From assembly GCA_031414775.1 (NCBI GenBank), contig JANOQI010000046.1, positions 96,001-160,000 on the forward strand: a stretch of 64,000 nt of DNA. Reading direction: 5' to 3'. The translations under genes and the position numbers were made by a program. The notes under the pieces are model-generated. The model was not told where the DNA came from. It did no database searches and was given only the letters and a program-made list of their open reading frames with translations. Position 1 is the stretch's first letter, and every line of letters begins with the position of its first letter. Positions 9,458-18,011 of the stretch are shown one piece after another. This DNA is from Synechococcales cyanobacterium VAR_4_metabat_354. GTDB lineage: Bacteria; Cyanobacteriota; Cyanobacteriia; Cyanobacteriales; Chamaesiphonaceae.

Positions 9458-10084
9458 TCATTGACAGTCGGCGGTAAGAACAAACTGCTGCATCATCTTG
9501 ATTTCTTCTGGGATGATAGTATGCCCCATATTCAGTTCATGGTACTGGACAGTTGCGCCCCAGTTGATCAACTGATTCCGAGCTTGCCAAGCCGCCTCGA
9601 TCGGCACCACCTCATCTTGGCGGCCGTGCCAAATTGCCACCGGTGGACAGGTCACTGGAGCTATTAAATCTGAATGCAAATAGCCACTCAAAACCATAAT
9701 TCCGGCGACTGGCAACGCCAGACCGATCTCTAAAGCCATGGCGCCACCTTGGGAAAAACCACAGATCCAGGTGCGATCGAGAGCGACTCCAGTAGTTTCC
9801 GGTAACTTCCCTAGCCAATCTTGGAGAGTTTGGCAACTAGTAACTAGTTCTTGCTGACTAGTCGCCGTCAGCTGACCGGCACCAGTGAAGGAATACCAAG
9901 CCCTGCCAGCTTCGGTATATTGATGCTCAAAAATGCCATTGGGCAATAAAAATTGATAGTTAGGAAGTTCAAGATAGGGCAGTAGCTCCATCAAGTCATC
10001 GTTATTAGCGCCCCAACCATGCATCAAAACAATATTGCCTTGGGGAACTCCGGTCGCTGGTATTATAATCACATCCATATTCAA
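9458..10084 (-). CDS. Alpha/beta hydrolase (phospholipase/carboxylesterase)
   Basis: HGWGAN, GFSQGG nucleophile elbow, HGRQDEVV, MGH. Confidence 0.9.
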   Translation of the reverse strand: MNMDVIIIPATGVPQGNIVLMHGWGANNDDLMELLPYLELPNYQFLLPNGIFEHQYTEAGRAWYSFTGAGQLTATSQQELVTSCQTLQDWLGKLPETTGVALDRTWICGFSQGGAMALEIGLALPVAGIMVLSGYLHSDLIAPVTCPPVAIWHGRQDEVVPIEAAWQARNQLINWGATVQYHELNMGHTIIPEEIKMMQQFVLTADCQ

Positions 10085-10179
10085 ACACCGGAAATTGTTT
10101 AAAAAAACTTAATAAAAACCGTTAGTGAATCATCTTAAGCTAAAAGGCAATGCGGATATTACATATGGAAATTTTTAAT

Positions 10180-10896
10180 ATGAGTTCTAACTTAGCAGCC
10201 AAACTGAGAGAAGGCACCAAGAAATCCCACAGCATGGCGGAGAGTACTGGTTTTATTTCTTGTTTCTTAAAAGGCACCGTCGAAAAAAATTCTTATCGCA
10301 AGCTGGTATCTAATCTCTATTTTGTCTATACGGCAATGGAAGAAGAGATGCATAAGCACCAGAACCACCCAGTTTTATCCAAACTGTTTTTTCCAGAACT
10401 CGATCGGAAGCATAGTCTGGAGAGCGATTTAAGTTACTATTTTGGCTCTAATTGGAAAGATCAAGTGGCTCCGTCCCCAGCCACCCAAGAGTATGTAGAT
10501 CGGATTCACCAAGTCGCGGTAGCTGACCCAGAGCTATTGGTAGCGCATCTCTATACTCGTTATATTGGTGATCTATCCGGTGGTCAAATCTTGAAGAAGA
10601 TTGCCCAGAATGCGATGAATCTCAATGATGGCGAAGGAACAGCTTTCTACGAGTTCGACCAAATTCCTGATGAAAAGGCTTTTAAAAACAACTATCGTCA
10701 AGCCATGGATAGCCTTCCCATTGACGAAGCTAAAGCTGATTTGATCGTGGACGAAGCCAATGATGCTTTTGGCAAAAACATGATTATGTTTAAGGAATTA
10801 GAAGGTAACTTGATTAAGGCGATCGGCATTCAAGTCTTCAATATGTTGACTCGCAAACGCAATCGGGGCGGCAATGAGCTAGCTACGGCTGAATAG
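10180..10896 (+). CDS. ho1: Ferredoxin-dependent heme oxygenase (biliverdin-producing)
   Basis: LREGTKKSHSMAE, YTRY.GDLSGGQILK, EANDAF..N; C-terminal ELATAE. Confidence 0.93.
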   Translation: MSSNLAAKLREGTKKSHSMAESTGFISCFLKGTVEKNSYRKLVSNLYFVYTAMEEEMHKHQNHPVLSKLFFPELDRKHSLESDLSYYFGSNWKDQVAPSPATQEYVDRIHQVAVADPELLVAHLYTRYIGDLSGGQILKKIAQNAMNLNDGEGTAFYEFDQIPDEKAFKNNYRQAMDSLPIDEAKADLIVDEANDAFGKNMIMFKELEGNLIKAIGIQVFNMLTRKRNRGGNELATAE

Positions 10897-10922
10897 AGTT
10901 TGAATTTTCATACTTCCTGATG

Positions 10923-10957
10923 ATTGCAGCTGATTCAACATCAGCTGCAATTTTTTG
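10923..10957 (+). terminator. Rho-independent terminator after the heme oxygenase gene
   Basis: ATTGCAGCTGAT-TCAAC-ATCAGCTGCAAT followed by a T run. Confidence 0.8.
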
Positions 10958-11133
10958 TTTAATATTTATTTCAGCTGATTAGTATTTATTTAAAACTTAT
11001 TTAGAATAAGGAAATAAGGGGTACAGCTTTCAGGATTTTTGAATTCTAAAATCGTAATTGCTATTTTATACCTACGGCGTTCTTTTCAGAACAATTGAGT
11101 TATGCTGTGAAAGCTAGAACGATAGAGGCAATT

Positions 11134-13407
11134 ATGGCAGGCACTAAGCTAGGTACTCCAGATTTCCATCTCACCAGCTTTAAACAACCGTCGATTGAGA
11201 CATTAACGGAGATTCAATCGCATGGCATATTGCTAGTTTTGCAAGAGCCAGACTTAACGGTTTTACAAGTTAGTAATAATACAGTAATGGCGTTTGGAAT
11301 CACACCAGATGAGTTACTGGGAAAGCCTCTAGCAAAGGTTTTAGATACTTTTCAAGCTGAACGGTTTCAGCAGGAATTGAAAGAACAAAATCTTGAACGG
11401 AGCAATCCAAGTAAAGTGTGGATTCGAAGATCTGCGGGCGATTACCACACATTTGATGCTATTTTTCACCGCAGTCTTGATGGGTTCTTAGTTTTAGAAC
11501 TGGAACCAACCGAAACGAATCAGAATATTCCTTTTCTAAGTTTTTATCACTTAGCTAAAGCCTCGATCGATCAATTGACCGTCACTGCTGATTTACCCGC
11601 TTTTGGTCGGCTGGTAGTCGCCCAAGTCCGGAAGATCACTGAGTTCGATCGAGTGATGCTTTATAAATTCGATGATGATGGCCATGGCGAAGTAATCGCT
11701 GAAGATAAAACACTGGAGATGGAGTCCTATATGGGCTTACATTTCCCCAGTTCAGATATTCCCCAACTAGCCCGAAGTAGATTTATTGCCAACCGAATTC
11801 GGGTAATTCCAGATATTAATAATGAGGCGGTGGGAATGATCCCCGCTCAGAATCCATTGACAGATCTACCCACCGATTTAACGCTCTCTATTCTTCGTAG
11901 TACCGATCCCTGTCATACTGAGTACCTTCAGAATATGGGTATCGGGGCATCTTTGACGATTTCTCTGATTAAAGATGGCCAGTTGTGGGGACTAATTGCC
12001 TGTCATCATCGGACACCCAAACTATTACCTTATGAGTTGCGACAGGCTTGTGAATTTTTGGGACAGGTAATTTTTGCTCAGATTTCGATCGGTGAAGATA
12101 TTGCTGATTATAGCTATCGGGCAAAATTAGCCCACCTGCGATCGATCGGCCTTGAGCAGATGTCGCAATCGGCTAGTTTCGTGGATGGTTTAATGGGGCA
12201 ATCGCCCAATCTTTTAGATTTGTTCGATGCTTGCGGCGCAGCAATTTGTGTGAGCGGTCAGTGGACAGCCATTGGTCGCATTCCCCCAGCTCCAGCCCTC
12301 GACAACCTGATGCAGTGGTTAACTGAAAATGTCGAGGATGACGTATTTACGACCGATTCCCTGCCCCTCCTCAATACGGCTACCGAAGAATTTAAAGATG
12401 TGGCCAGTGGGTTGCTGGCAATTTTCCTGTCATCGAACAGTTACATCTTGTGTTTCCGCCATGAAGTAATTCAAACAGTAAATTGGGGTGGCGATCCACA
12501 TCACGCTTACCAATTGGTCACTGAAGCCGATGGCCAGGTTCGCTTATGTCCGCGCACATCTTTTGCATTGTGGAAAGAAATCGTACGGGGTCATTCGCGA
12601 CCCTGGCAAGCCGTAGAAATTTTAGCAGCTACCGAACTACGCAAGTCGATCGTCAATCTGGTGCTCCGTCAGGCAGAGGAATTAGCTCTAATCGCCGCAG
12701 ATTTAAAGCGATCGAATACCGAACTCCAGCAATTTGCCAGAGTCGCCTCCCACGATTTGCAAGCCCCTCTCAATCAGGTGGCCAGTTACGTACGCATCCT
12801 GGAAACGCGCTATGGCGATAAACTAGATCGCGATGCCCATGAGTTTATTGGCTTCGCCATTGAGGGGGTGAAATTGATGCAGACTTTAATTGATGATGTG
12901 TTAGCTTACTCCCAGGTAAGTAGCCGGGATATCGAGTTGCAACCAGTCGAAGTTGGAGCCGCATTAAATCGTGCTCTCAGCCACTTACACGGATCAATTA
13001 GTGAAACAGCTGCAATCATTACCTCCGGCCCGATGCCCACAGTGGCAGGCGACAACACGCAGTTAACCCAGCTGTTTCAGAACCTGATCGAGAATGCCAT
13101 CAAATTCCGCCAACCGGGAACAGTTCCCCGAATTCAAGTCACCGCCACCAGGCAGCAAGATGGCTGGTTATTTTCTGTTCGCGGTAGTGGAGTTGGTATC
13201 GATCCCAAATTCTTTGATCGGATCTTTTTGATTTTCCAACGTCTACATACCCGTGAGGAATACTCCGGATCAGGAATCGGGCTAGCCATCTGTAAAAAAA
13301 TTGTCGAGCGTCATCACGGCAAAATTTGGGTGACATCAATACTGGGTCAAGAAGCTACTTTCTCGTTCACCATCCCTAATCAAGAGTATCGAAAAATAAA
13401 TGTCTAA
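11134..13407 (+). CDS. cph1: Cph1/AphA-type phytochrome (PAS-GAF-PHY-His kinase)
   Basis: DRVMLYKF, SDIP, CH.EYLQNMG (GAF Cys), LWGLIACHH, WGG and PRTSF tongue motifs, SHDLQ.PL H-box. Confidence 0.92.
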   Translation: MAGTKLGTPDFHLTSFKQPSIETLTEIQSHGILLVLQEPDLTVLQVSNNTVMAFGITPDELLGKPLAKVLDTFQAERFQQELKEQNLERSNPSKVWIRRSAGDYHTFDAIFHRSLDGFLVLELEPTETNQNIPFLSFYHLAKASIDQLTVTADLPAFGRLVVAQVRKITEFDRVMLYKFDDDGHGEVIAEDKTLEMESYMGLHFPSSDIPQLARSRFIANRIRVIPDINNEAVGMIPAQNPLTDLPTDLTLSILRSTDPCHTEYLQNMGIGASLTISLIKDGQLWGLIACHHRTPKLLPYELRQACEFLGQVIFAQISIGEDIADYSYRAKLAHLRSIGLEQMSQSASFVDGLMGQSPNLLDLFDACGAAICVSGQWTAIGRIPPAPALDNLMQWLTENVEDDVFTTDSLPLLNTATEEFKDVASGLLAIFLSSNSYILCFRHEVIQTVNWGGDPHHAYQLVTEADGQVRLCPRTSFALWKEIVRGHSRPWQAVEILAATELRKSIVNLVLRQAEELALIAADLKRSNTELQQFARVASHDLQAPLNQVASYVRILETRYGDKLDRDAHEFIGFAIEGVKLMQTLIDDVLAYSQVSSRDIELQPVEVGAALNRALSHLHGSISETAAIITSGPMPTVAGDNTQLTQLFQNLIENAIKFRQPGTVPRIQVTATRQQDGWLFSVRGSGVGIDPKFFDRIFLIFQRLHTREEYSGSGIGLAICKKIVERHHGKIWVTSILGQEATFSFTIPNQEYRKINV

Positions 13408-15487
13408 TAGTTTGCTAATATCGATGCTCGTGCCCAGCGGTAGCGAACAGCCTGATCTGGAGGTGCTACTGATTGAGGACAATTTAGCTGAAGCCCGGTT
13501 ACTTCAGGAACTGCTCAAGGATAGCTTGAGTAGACAGTTTGCGGTAACTCATGTGACGCGCTTGGAAGCAGCAATTATCCAACTCAATAATGCTCAATTT
13601 GATGTCGCACTCCTCGATTTGACCCTACCCGATAGTGACGGTTTAGCATCTTTAGATGCTTTGATCCACCAAGTGTCCAGTTTACCGATAGTGGTATTAA
13701 CCGGTACTAATGATGATGAATTAGCTATCGATGCTGTCCGGCGAGGCGCTCAGGATTATCTCGTGAAACGGCAAGTCAGTCTAGATGTTTTAGTCCGATC
13801 GATCCGATATGCGATCGAACGCAAACAAACCGCCAAAGCCCTGTGGGAAATCAATGAGACGCTAGAATTGCGCGTAGAAGAACGCACCGTCGCTCTGGAG
13901 GCTGCTAATAAATCGCTCAGTCAGGAAATCGAGTCGCGAGAAAGTATTCAGAACCGCTTGGAGCTAGCTCAACAGGCTGGCAAAATCGGCACCTTTGAAT
14001 GGGACGTTGAAACAAATTTAGTCACCTGGTCGCGAGAACTCGAAGCCCTATATGGACTGGCAGCAGGCAGCTTTGGCAGGAGCCAGAACCAATGGCTCGC
14101 CACGATTTATCCCGAAGATCGCCCACCAGTTCAGGCAGAAATAAAAAGGTGGCATCGCCTTGCCAGAGGTAAGGCGATGCCACTAGGGCAAAAACTAGAT
14201 TTAGAATTTAGAATCACGTATCCAGACACCAACATCCACTGGATTGCCGTCAAAGGCAATATTTTTGCCGATACAAGTGGCCATCCCACCCGTACGATCG
14301 GTATCCACATGGATATTACCGAGAAAAAACAACTTGAAGCTCAATTTTTGCGCGCCCAACGTCTAGAAAGTCTGGGCACCCTCGCTAGTGGCATCGCTCA
14401 CGACTTAAATAATGTCCTCACGCCAATTTTAGCCATCGCTCAATTACTACCGCTAAAGCTAACAGACCTCGACGGGCATACCAGAAATATGCTCGAAATC
14501 TTAGAATCTAGTGCCCATCGCGGTGCCGGTCTAATTAAGCAAATTTTATCCTTTGCCCAAGGCATCGAGGGCAAGCACGTCGTGATTCAACCGACTCACC
14601 TGCTCAAAGACATCCAAAAGATCGTGCAACAGACCCTGCCCAAATCAATCAAGATTGATGTGGATATGCCCGCCGATTTGTGGACAGTATTGGGTGACAT
14701 GACTCAACTTCACCAAGTATTGATGAATCTGTGCGTCAATGCCCGCGATGCCATGCCCCAAGGTGGTACTATCAGCATCCAAGCCACTAATCGATCGATC
14801 GAGGAAACCTTCGCGCGGACTCATTTAGATGCTCAGGTGGGCAACTACGTAGAGATCACAGTTACCGATACGGGCAACGGCATTCAGCCCCAGCTTCTCC
14901 ACCGTATTTTTGATCCGTTCTTCACTACAAAAGAAATCGGTAAAGGAACAGGTTTAGGTCTATCAGCAGTCCTGGGCATTATCAAGAATCACAACGGTTT
15001 CCTAGATGTCCAAAGTCAAGTACAGCAGGGTACCCAAATTCATGTCTATATTCCCGCGAATCAGACACCAATAGTGCCCAAACAAGATGAGCCAGAGCTA
15101 CTTTCTGGACAGCAACAGTTGATCTTAGTCGTAGATGACGAAATAGCGATCAGTAAATTAGTTAAAACCACTCTAGAGACGTACAATTATCGGGTTTTAA
15201 CTGCCAACAATGGTGCCGAAGCGATCTCTATTTATGCTAACCACCGCGACGCGATCGATGGTGTCGTGATCGATTTAATGATGCCAGTCATGGATGGACT
15301 AACCACCGTCATAGCTCTCCACCAAATAAATCCCAATTTGCCGGTGTTGGCAATAAGTGGACTCAACTCTGTTGAAGCAATAAAGCGAGCAAAACGCTTG
15401 GGGTGCCAATACTTTCTCCCCAAACCCTTCACTACCAGTGATTTACTGCGAAATTTGCACGATTGCACATCATCAAAACCGGTCTGA
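13400..15487 (+). CDS. Hybrid sensor kinase REC-PAS-HisKA-HATPase-REC
   Basis: LLIED/DLTLPD receiver; IAHDLNN H-box; NLCVNARDAM; DPFFTTK; C-terminal VVDD/DLMMP; overlaps the phytochrome stop. Confidence 0.92.
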   Translation: MSNSLLISMLVPSGSEQPDLEVLLIEDNLAEARLLQELLKDSLSRQFAVTHVTRLEAAIIQLNNAQFDVALLDLTLPDSDGLASLDALIHQVSSLPIVVLTGTNDDELAIDAVRRGAQDYLVKRQVSLDVLVRSIRYAIERKQTAKALWEINETLELRVEERTVALEAANKSLSQEIESRESIQNRLELAQQAGKIGTFEWDVETNLVTWSRELEALYGLAAGSFGRSQNQWLATIYPEDRPPVQAEIKRWHRLARGKAMPLGQKLDLEFRITYPDTNIHWIAVKGNIFADTSGHPTRTIGIHMDITEKKQLEAQFLRAQRLESLGTLASGIAHDLNNVLTPILAIAQLLPLKLTDLDGHTRNMLEILESSAHRGAGLIKQILSFAQGIEGKHVVIQPTHLLKDIQKIVQQTLPKSIKIDVDMPADLWTVLGDMTQLHQVLMNLCVNARDAMPQGGTISIQATNRSIEETFARTHLDAQVGNYVEITVTDTGNGIQPQLLHRIFDPFFTTKEIGKGTGLGLSAVLGIIKNHNGFLDVQSQVQQGTQIHVYIPANQTPIVPKQDEPELLSGQQQLILVVDDEIAISKLVKTTLETYNYRVLTANNGAEAISIYANHRDAIDGVVIDLMMPVMDGLTTVIALHQINPNLPVLAISGLNSVEAIKRAKRLGCQYFLPKPFTTSDLLRNLHDCTSSKPV
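14149..14183. repeat. 35-bp palindrome inside the coding sequence of a PAS domain
   Basis: GTGGCATCGCCTTGCC-AGA-GGTAAGGCGATGCCAC, 15/16 arm match. Confidence 0.8.
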
Positions 15488-15794
15488 TTTGTCCTTCACA
15501 TCTCAATAACTGAAAATATAGCATTTAAATCATCAGCCCCATTTTCCCACCTCGTAGCTAGCTTTAATGTTAGTTACGATTTTTTTGGGGAAGTCTGAAG
15601 GTTATAGATGTGACCAATCTGATAAAAATCTCATCCAGTCATTGATCCGACTGGTCAAAAATTTTGGCATATCAAACTTTAATATTTCAAATGAAGTATT
15701 TCTACGACAAAAAAATGGCCGGATTAAAAATTGTAATTAGGAATTACGTAGTAGGCCGTGTTTCGTGCCGTTTGATCAATTCATCCCCTCTTGC

Positions 15795-16580
15795 ATGTCT
15801 TATTTTACTAAAACATTACAACGACTGGGCTTTATCACATTTATTACCCTCATACCAGCACTCACTGCTTGGCAGTTCCCTGTCTCTAGACCTTCCTCAA
15901 CTACCACAAGTCCCACAAAAATAGCTCGATCGTCAACCGCGCCTTTTCTCCTCAATGGCAAAGCAGTTTACATATTACGCCAGGGTTCCTGGAAAGAAGC
16001 CGTCCTGACTAGCTATCAATGGCGTAGTAATACTGGATTCCAATACACTGCCAACTATGAAAGTGACCGGAAGACTGAGGTAAATGTATCGATCGATCGA
16101 ATCATCACCCTCACGGAAGCACGGCAACGGAGAATTGCTACTAATGTCTATGATGTTGCTAGCAATACTGGCATCAGGCAAATGGTCAATGCCCATAATA
16201 GCTGGCGGCAGGAAATTGGCGTAGCACCATTATCCTGGTCACCAAAACTAGCATCATTTGCTCAAGATTGGGCAAACACATTAGTCGCGAGAAATGAGTT
16301 TAAGCATCGTGCCAATAATAACTATGGCGAAAACCTAGCTGCTTCTCAGGGGAAAAGCTTCAGCCCAACTAGTGTCGTCAAGTATTGGGGGGAAGAAGTC
16401 CGAGATTACAACTACAAAACTAATAGCTGCAAATCTGGAGAAATGTGTGGCCACTACACCCAATTGGTTTGGAACAAAACCAAAGAGGTGGGCTGCGCTA
16501 AAGCTCAATCCGGCAATAAAGAGGTCTGGGTATGCAACTATAATCCACCAGGCAACTATATCGGACAAAAGCCCTATTAA
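15795..16580 (+). CDS. Secreted CAP (SCP/PR-1) domain protein with extra N-terminal domain
   Basis: AHN.WR, YGENLA, CGHYTQLVW, VGCA, VCNYNPPGNYIGQKPY. Confidence 0.9.
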   Translation: MSYFTKTLQRLGFITFITLIPALTAWQFPVSRPSSTTTSPTKIARSSTAPFLLNGKAVYILRQGSWKEAVLTSYQWRSNTGFQYTANYESDRKTEVNVSIDRIITLTEARQRRIATNVYDVASNTGIRQMVNAHNSWRQEIGVAPLSWSPKLASFAQDWANTLVARNEFKHRANNNYGENLAASQGKSFSPTSVVKYWGEEVRDYNYKTNSCKSGEMCGHYTQLVWNKTKEVGCAKAQSGNKEVWVCNYNPPGNYIGQKPY

Positions 16581-16606
16581 CTGCTCAGCTCCATCGGCTT
16601 TGGTAA

Positions 16607-17254
16607 TTAAGAGCCAGATAGCCGACATTGGGAAAGAATATAGCGCAACCTATCGTAATCTTCCCGCAAAATCAAACTCAGATTGCGCCCCGCACTCACT
16701 AGCCAAGCTCGATCAAAATTGCGCATTCGATAAATTCCCCGCATCGTTGCGGCGGTCAAGGCTTCCGGTGGTGCCCCGGTGACTTGCAATAGTGGTCGTA
16801 AAAAGTCTAATTGCTCACTAAAAGCAATAACTTCAGCTGGCGAGCAGGCATGTACCGACTGGTGAATCTGGGGTGGACGCGGTGGCAGATACTGATAGTA
16901 ACGACCTTGGACATCAGCAAAACCGACAATTATCGCTTTAAACTCTGTTTTGAGCATGGCAAAGATTTGAGGCTGCTCGGTACGCAGTTCAGTCAAGGAT
17001 AGTCCTAATGCCCGTGCCCGATGTACTGAATCGATCGGAGCAGTTGTGGCGGAGTAAACGACCGCAAAAATTTGGTTGCCAGTTTCTTCGTCTTGCGCTT
17101 GGACAAAACTACCAAAATCTGGCATCACCGCTAACTTTAATTCATCAGGAGCCAGACATTGTGCCAAAAATTCGGTGGTGGTAGTTTCAATTACTTCAGC
17201 GATATGAGCAGAATCTTGAGCACTAGTGGCAAACTGCGGAAGAGGTAAACGCAT
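16607..17254 (-). CDS. Conserved cyanobacterial HAS-barrel-like protein
   Basis: MRLPLPQF, EVIET..TEFLAQC, P.FGS.V, QYLPPRPPQIHQ.V. Confidence 0.7.
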   Translation of the reverse strand: MRLPLPQFATSAQDSAHIAEVIETTTTEFLAQCLAPDELKLAVMPDFGSFVQAQDEETGNQIFAVVYSATTAPIDSVHRARALGLSLTELRTEQPQIFAMLKTEFKAIIVGFADVQGRYYQYLPPRPPQIHQSVHACSPAEVIAFSEQLDFLRPLLQVTGAPPEALTAATMRGIYRMRNFDRAWLVSAGRNLSLILREDYDRLRYILSQCRLSGS

Positions 17255-17266
17255 AATCAATCAGGC

Positions 17267-18010
17267 TTAAGAAATAGCTTTCTTTGATTCTAACGTGGGT
17301 AACAATACTCGAAACCGAGAACCAACTCCAGCTTGACTAGTCACCGAAATCGAGCCACCACAGTGCAGTAAAATATTTTGGACAACTGTCAAACCCAGAC
17401 CCACCCCCGTATCGGCTCCAGTGAGATGGGTACTGAGCAGAGTGCGTCCCCGATAAAACCGATCAAAAATCTTGGGAATATCAGATAGGGGAATTCCCAT
17501 GCCACTGTCCCGAAATTCTAGCTGGATATAATCACCTTGCACAGAAGCTTGGACAAATACTTGGCCACCTTTGAGAGTGTATTTGATACTGTTATGCAGC
17601 AAATTAATGGTGATTTGCTTAACCCAGCTCTCCTGACAAAGCACTAAGGGCAAATCAACAGGGATACTGTAGCTCAACTGCAAGCCTTTTTCCTCAGCTA
17701 GTGGTTGATAAGTGCTAATCACCCCCGGCACGATCTCCAATAAATTCAGGGGCGAACCTACTTGCTGCTCCGCTAGTTTCTCTAGATCTAGTAGTTCGAT
17801 CGCTCCGTTAATCAAAGAATTCTGTCGATCGCACTCCTGCTTAATCAGATCAACATATTTTTGCCGTTGTAGTGGCTTCAGACTAGGGGAATCGAGCAAA
17901 GTGAGCGCCGTTTTCATGTTGGTAAGAGGGGTACGCAGCTCTTGCAATAGATGCATAATTAGCTCATCTTTGAAATCCGCCAAGTCTGGATTGTTGTTGT
18001 TTTTAAGCAT
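17267..18010 (-). CDS. Sensor-less HisKA-HATPase protein with Gln at the H-box position
   Basis: LLQELRTPLTNMK, NLLHNSIKYT, DSGMGI, FDRFYRG, GLGL; ATG directly after the murE stop. Confidence 0.8.
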   Translation of the reverse strand: MLKNNNNPDLADFKDELIMHLLQELRTPLTNMKTALTLLDSPSLKPLQRQKYVDLIKQECDRQNSLINGAIELLDLEKLAEQQVGSPLNLLEIVPGVISTYQPLAEEKGLQLSYSIPVDLPLVLCQESWVKQITINLLHNSIKYTLKGGQVFVQASVQGDYIQLEFRDSGMGIPLSDIPKIFDRFYRGRTLLSTHLTGADTGVGLGLTVVQNILLHCGGSISVTSQAGVGSRFRVLLPTLESKKAIS

Positions 18011-18011
18011 A

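Noticed and set aside
16607..17254. HerA/NurA repair or defence operon suggested by the HAS-barrel-like gene
   Set aside because: No HerA ATPase or NurA nuclease is present in the window
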